DNA of 64,000 nt from a bacterium. Lineage in GTDB: Bacteria > Zhuqueibacterota > Zhuqueibacteria > Oceanimicrobiales > Oceanimicrobiaceae. The notes under the pieces were generated by a model, which worked only from the letters and a program-made list of their open reading frames with translations, did not search any database and was not told where the DNA came from. The position numbers and the translations under genes were made by a program. The stretch covers positions 1 through 64,000 of the forward strand of contig JBHHXN010000004.1 in assembly GCA_046757025.1 (NCBI GenBank). The letters are read 5' to 3'. This document shows, in pieces, positions 59,709 to 64,000 of the stretch (position 1 is the first letter of the stretch; each line of letters begins with the position of its first letter).

Positions 59709-59852
59709 CCTCTTTTTAACTGAGTAGTTTTCCCATTAAAATTTTTATCTGTCTAATAAATCAATTCACGTTATTTCTGCAAGGTTTGCTTTACAAAACA
59801 CAGCAAGCAGAAATCAAATGCCAGTTTATGGCAGGCCTCGGTGATTCACCAT

Positions 59853-60716
59853 TTAGTAGCCGATTTTTAGCTCACCCAGGCCAGGGCTAATGTGCAGCTC
59901 CAGTTCATGGTTGGTATGGTCATAATTTTGGCTGAAATAATATCGTCCGGATTTTGTGAATCGCTTCGGAACCCGAAAATCAGACAAAAATAGAAATTTG
60001 GACACGGCCATTTTAATACCCACCTCTCGGGGCAAAACTATATCGGTTTCACCGATGTCCAGATCTACTTTTGCCACAGCTTCATACAAAAGTTGTCCGC
60101 GAAAATCGACCTGCAGCTCGCCGATGCCGCCGTTGATTTCCGCCCTTTTAAAACGGGCATTTCCCAATTTATCGATATGGGTTTCGCCGATCTTGGTATT
60201 GATTCTCAAATAGTCCATTCGGGTTTTATTGGGCTCCGAGAAGTCCACAGACACTTCTCCAGCCCAAGTGGTCAAATCCAGCCCGGCAAGCGCCAGACCC
60301 CCAAAATCGATATCGACTTCACCGGCTTTCACATTGGCTTCCAGGTCGATTTCCACGCCCGCCGGCAGCTCGATTATGGCCTCGGCTTTCACATCGTCGT
60401 CATCCGAGTGCACCCACTTTTTACGCTCGAATTCGATGTCCAGACGCGAATGCCGTTCATCGAAATCAGATGATACTCGGACGTTGAACATGTCTACCAC
60501 GTAATAAATGGTCACCCTCGCTTCCCGACGCCGGGGCGAAGCTTCCATTCTCACTTCAGCCGCGTCGATATCAATATTAACCTCCAGGAGCTGGTTGGCG
60601 GGAACGTCGAAGCGTTTTTTAAATCGTTTAACTTGATAGTATTGGGCCAATCCGGATTCAAATGCCAGACACATCAGGCAAATGAAAACGGAGGCTGCTA
60701 ACGGTTTGTGATTCAT
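59853..60716 (-). CDS. Secreted beta-strand repeat protein (LiaF/DUF4097/toast-rack-like)
   Basis: GGAGA RBS before ATG 60716; signal peptide; repeated xGExxID motifs. Confidence 0.7.
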   Translation of the reverse strand: MNHKPLAASVFICLMCLAFESGLAQYYQVKRFKKRFDVPANQLLEVNIDIDAAEVRMEASPRRREARVTIYYVVDMFNVRVSSDFDERHSRLDIEFERKKWVHSDDDDVKAEAIIELPAGVEIDLEANVKAGEVDIDFGGLALAGLDLTTWAGEVSVDFSEPNKTRMDYLRINTKIGETHIDKLGNARFKRAEINGGIGELQVDFRGQLLYEAVAKVDLDIGETDIVLPREVGIKMAVSKFLFLSDFRVPKRFTKSGRYYFSQNYDHTNHELELHISPGLGELKIGY

Positions 60717-60771
60717 GTTAGATTCTCCTATCTGGTCGTTTTGGGGATTATTTAGTCCATCCGTAATCGTT

Positions 60772-60865
60772 GCCGTTATCGGGAATCTCGTGCCTAATTG
60801 ACCAATGGATTCCTTCTTAACAATTGCAGGAATGACAAGTAAAGGCCGTTTTCGGTCAATCACTA
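60772..60865. repeat. REP-like palindrome plus MITE right end
   Basis: gggaatc...ggattcc...ggaatgac followed by TTTTCGGTCAATCACTA. Confidence 0.55.
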
Positions 60866-60998
60866 TTTATTTGGCATTTACTTAATATCACATCGAAACT
60901 TGTGGTATTTGTTTTGGATAAATGTCTGTCATTATTCAAAATCGTGGGTGAGGAAAAAAGATTGTGCAACAATTCAGTCTAAGAATTGCATCTCAAAG

Positions 60999-61973
60999 TT
61001 ATGCCACTTCTTTACGCAGTCGTTCAAGCAAATGTTTCATGTCGGCAGGCAATTCCGAATCGAACTGCATAAGCTGGTTTTTGATGGGATGGGTGAAAGC
61101 CAAAGTTTTCGCATGCAGCGCTTGGCGATCCAGACAGTCCAACAACTCGATGGCATATAGTCGGTCTTGATTCGAAAGTGCGCCCAGTTGTCTGTTTCTC
61201 CCGCCGTAAGTGTGATCGCCAAATACCGGGTGACCTAAAAAGGTAAGGTGCACTCGGATCTGGTGCGTACGGCCGGTTTCGAGTTTGAGCTGAACCGCGG
61301 ATAAAAGTCGAAAAGTCTGCATCACTTCATAATTGGTGACTGCCACTTTGCCCTGGGGCTGCACCGTCATGCGCATGCGGTCTTTGGGGCTTCTGGCGAT
61401 GAAGGTAGATATTTTATCTTTTCGCTTTTTAAATCTGCCCCAGGCAAGGGCGAAATATTCTCGGGTGGCGCGTTTTTCGGCAAACTGCCACGACAGGTGG
61501 CGATGAGTGATATCATCCTTCGCTACCACCATGAGCCCCGAGGTGTCTTTGTCCAGCCGATGTACAATCCCCGGACGCTGTTTGCCGCCGATGTTGGAGA
61601 GGTTGCCACAATGGTGCAGCAGCGCATTGACCAGGGTGCCGGTGTAATTGGCAAAAGCCGGATGCACTACCATACCGGCTTCTTTGTTCAGCACGATGAG
61701 ATGGTTATCTTCGTAGAGAATGTTCAGCGGGATGTTTTCAGGAAGGATATCGATTTTTTGCGGTTTGGGGACGCAAACCACGATTTTTTCATCCGGCGCT
61801 ACCTGATGACTGGCCCGGGCCGGCACGCCGTTCACCAGAACTTTGCCTTCTTCGATCACTTTCTGCAGTCGTGCCCGCGAAACCGACCCGATCAGGCGGG
61901 TTAAGTATTTATCAAGACGCTCTTTGTCCTTGTTGGGAGGAATAACGAATTCGAAAAATTCATCCTCTTGCAT
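60999..61973 (-). CDS. rluD: RluA-family pseudouridine synthase (RluD-like)
   Basis: S4 domain RLDKYL, GIVHRLDKDTSG, TGRTHQIRVH, RQALHA. Confidence 0.9.
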   Translation of the reverse strand: MQEDEFFEFVIPPNKDKERLDKYLTRLIGSVSRARLQKVIEEGKVLVNGVPARASHQVAPDEKIVVCVPKPQKIDILPENIPLNILYEDNHLIVLNKEAGMVVHPAFANYTGTLVNALLHHCGNLSNIGGKQRPGIVHRLDKDTSGLMVVAKDDITHRHLSWQFAEKRATREYFALAWGRFKKRKDKISTFIARSPKDRMRMTVQPQGKVAVTNYEVMQTFRLLSAVQLKLETGRTHQIRVHLTFLGHPVFGDHTYGGRNRQLGALSNQDRLYAIELLDCLDRQALHAKTLAFTHPIKNQLMQFDSELPADMKHLLERLRKEVA

Positions 61974-62018
61974 AAATCAAATTTGAGATGAGATGGTATT
62001 TGGGAAAAACAGTAAATT

Positions 62019-62510
62019 TTATGGGAATGCTTCTTTTTCAGCGGGCTGCTCTTCCTGCTGTTTCTGGCTTTTATCAAACAGGACGAGGGTGACCAATATG
62101 ATCATACCGATGGTGACCGAACTGTCCGCCAGGTTAAAAATGGGCCAGCGCGTATCGTCGAGGCCGATATCCACGAAATCCACAACTTTGCCGTACAAAA
62201 AACGGTCGATCAAATTCCCGATCGCTCCGCCCAATATCAGGGCTAGCGAAAAACGCAGGGGGCCCTTTTCCTCCCGGGCTTTTACGATATAAATAAAAAT
62301 GATGACCGTCGCTACCGCAGCAAAGATGGTGAAAAATTTTTGCCCGCCAAATTGAATTCCAAAAGCCATGCCGGGATTTTCAATGTAGGTCAATCGGACG
62401 ACATCGCCGAATATATCATGTGACGTTCCAAGTTTAAAATAGAACTTTACGGCGAATTTGGAAATTTGGTCTAAAACGACAACGATTAATGATACGATTA
62501 ATATCCGCAA
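62019..62510 (-). CDS. lspA: Lipoprotein signal peptidase II
   Basis: DQISK, NPGMAFG, GAIGNLIDR, VVDF, FNLAD; GTG/TTG-type start. Confidence 0.93.
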   Translation of the reverse strand: MRILIVSLIVVVLDQISKFAVKFYFKLGTSHDIFGDVVRLTYIENPGMAFGIQFGGQKFFTIFAAVATVIIFIYIVKAREEKGPLRFSLALILGGAIGNLIDRFLYGKVVDFVDIGLDDTRWPIFNLADSSVTIGMIILVTLVLFDKSQKQQEEQPAEKEAFP

Positions 62511-62584
62511 AACATACCTTTAAAGTTTACGGCCCTTAAATAAAAATTCATTTCTCAAGCATCGGCAATAATTGCATCCGGTTA

Positions 62585-62971
62585 TTATTTAACCGATTTT
62601 TTATTCTTTTCTTCGTTGGACTTGCAGGTGATGCACAGTCGTGCATGTGGCACGGCTTCTAATCGTTCTTTACCGATGGGATTGCCACATTCATGACACA
62701 CGCCAAACGTTTTTTCTTCAATACGCTCCAGCGCTTGCTCAATATGATAGAGGAATCGACCTTCTTTTGTTGCAAAAAAGAACTTTTTTTCCCTCTCCAT
62801 ATTATCGGTGCCGACATCTGCCATGTGGAAAGAGTATGCGGAATTTTCACCGGATGCATCTTTCAAAGTTGCTGACATTTCGCCGTCCTTGAGTTGGCCT
62901 AATTCCTTGAGTATTTCTTTTCTCTTATCCAAAAGGATATTCTTGAAATAGGCCAGTTCCTCTTTAGTCAT
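62585..62971 (-). CDS. dksA: TraR/DksA family C4 zinc-finger protein
   Basis: HMADVGTD coiled-coil tip; CHECG...RLEAVPHARLCITC. Confidence 0.85.
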   Translation of the reverse strand: MTKEELAYFKNILLDKRKEILKELGQLKDGEMSATLKDASGENSAYSFHMADVGTDNMEREKKFFFATKEGRFLYHIEQALERIEEKTFGVCHECGNPIGKERLEAVPHARLCITCKSNEEKNKKSVK

Positions 62972-63045
62972 AGAAACCTCCCATATTATTTATGTATTGC
63001 TCAGACATTAGCTATTGATTAAAATACTTCATTATTATTTAATTT

Positions 63046-64000
63046 TCACGATTTTTTTTCAATCGCAATAAGGGTTTTATTACCATCGATGATCCATTCC
63101 TCGGAGTAGGCGCCTTGTCCGGAATTGGCGGTCAGCTTATCTGCCAGAGTTTCGTTGCAAATGTAAGAAGCACGCGATTCGATAGCCGCATGCAAAATAT
63201 CCGAAGTTTTGTAGTATATATTTATACGATCTACCACATCGAATCCCGCATTTTTGCGCATGTTTTGAATCCGGTTGACAAATTCGCGCGCCAATCCTTC
63301 GTTCAGCAGGTCCGGTGTAATCTGCACATCCAGAGCGATGGTCAAGTCGTCTTCTTTCTGCACCACCAACCCTTCTACGTTTTCGGTAGTGATGGCCACG
63401 TCTTCAAGCGCCACGGTAAATTTGCGTCCTTTAATTTCGAACTCTAATTGGCCGTTGGCTTCCAAACGCTCAATTTCTGAACTGCTTAAATCACGAATAG
63501 CCTCTGAAACTTCTTTGACTTCCTTGCCAAATTTCGGTCCTAACTGATTGAATAGCGGCGCGGCTTTTTTTGAAAGCAATGCTTTTTCATCGGACACAAA
63601 CGCAATCTCCTTAACATTCAACTCCTCCAAAACCAGTTTCGTCATGCTGTCAATTTGTTTTTCGACGTTTTTGTCTTTGGCCGCCACAATGATTTTCATC
63701 AGCGGTTGTCGCACCTTGATGCCCGATTCATTTCGCAGGGCACGGCCGAGGAAAACCACTTTGCGCAGCAAATTCATGCGCTGTTCCAGTGCTTCGTCGC
63801 GATAGGCATGTTCTCTGGAAGCGGCCTGCGGAAAATCGGTTAAATGCACACTCTGCGCTTCGCCATTTTTGCCGGCGGTTAAATTCAAATAGATTTCTTC
63901 TGAAATAAAAGGCGTGAACGGCGCCATCAATTTCGTCAGACAAAACAACACTTCATACAGCGTCTGGTACGCGGCCAATTTGTCTTCCCCCAGATCCGAT
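63046..64000 (-). CDS. ileS: Isoleucine--tRNA ligase, C-terminal part (5' end outside the window)
   Basis: APFTPFISEEIY, SVHL, KVRQPL, EELNVK, EGLAREFVNRIQNMRK (type 2 IleRS). Confidence 0.92.
   Translation of the reverse strand, partial: SDLGEDKLAAYQTLYEVLFCLTKLMAPFTPFISEEIYLNLTAGKNGEAQSVHLTDFPQAASREHAYRDEALEQRMNLLRKVVFLGRALRNESGIKVRQPLMKIIVAAKDKNVEKQIDSMTKLVLEELNVKEIAFVSDEKALLSKKAAPLFNQLGPKFGKEVKEVSEAIRDLSSSEIERLEANGQLEFEIKGRKFTVALEDVAITTENVEGLVVQKEDDLTIALDVQITPDLLNEGLAREFVNRIQNMRKNAGFDVVDRINIYYKTSDILHAAIESRASYICNETLADKLTANSGQGAYSEEWIIDGNKTLIAIEKKS

Noticed and set aside
1..64000. CRISPR array, tRNA (including tRNA-Sec), rRNA, transposase or integrase
   Set aside because: No regularly spaced direct repeats, cloverleafs or transposase motifs recognised by eye.

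Overview
Gene-dense bacterial chromosomal segment of moderate GC with about 58 CDS. I found no rRNA, tRNA, CRISPR array or transposase. The ileS-dksA-lspA-rluD order and the bacillithiol genes suggest an FCB-group or KSB1/Calditrichota-like organism (inference). Housekeeping and redox content: bacillithiol operon (methyltransferase-bshC-bshB1), MsrP, Mrp/ApbC, a two-gene 2-oxoacid:ferredoxin oxidoreductase, queG, moaD/moaE/moaA, folE, nfuA, rnhB, yggX. Two loci stand out. (1) 27.3-32.5 kb: a radical SAM gene whose apparent TGA stop reads through as ...DWFC-U-AEP with a hairpin just downstream, i.e. a hidden CUAEP-tail selenoprotein; it is coupled to moaA and nfuA and faces an ATP-grasp ligase. 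(2) 35.4-52.2 kb: a putative undescribed lipid or glycoconjugate synthesis-and-export cluster (IPCT/DIPPS-like fusion, two paralogous radical SAMs, two GT4s, AsnB, flippase, MMPL, MlaC-DUF3047-like fusion, TolC, MlaC). Intergenic DNA carries a family of ~150-bp MITE/REP-like elements and several long hairpins. All product calls come from motif recognition by eye; no database search was run.
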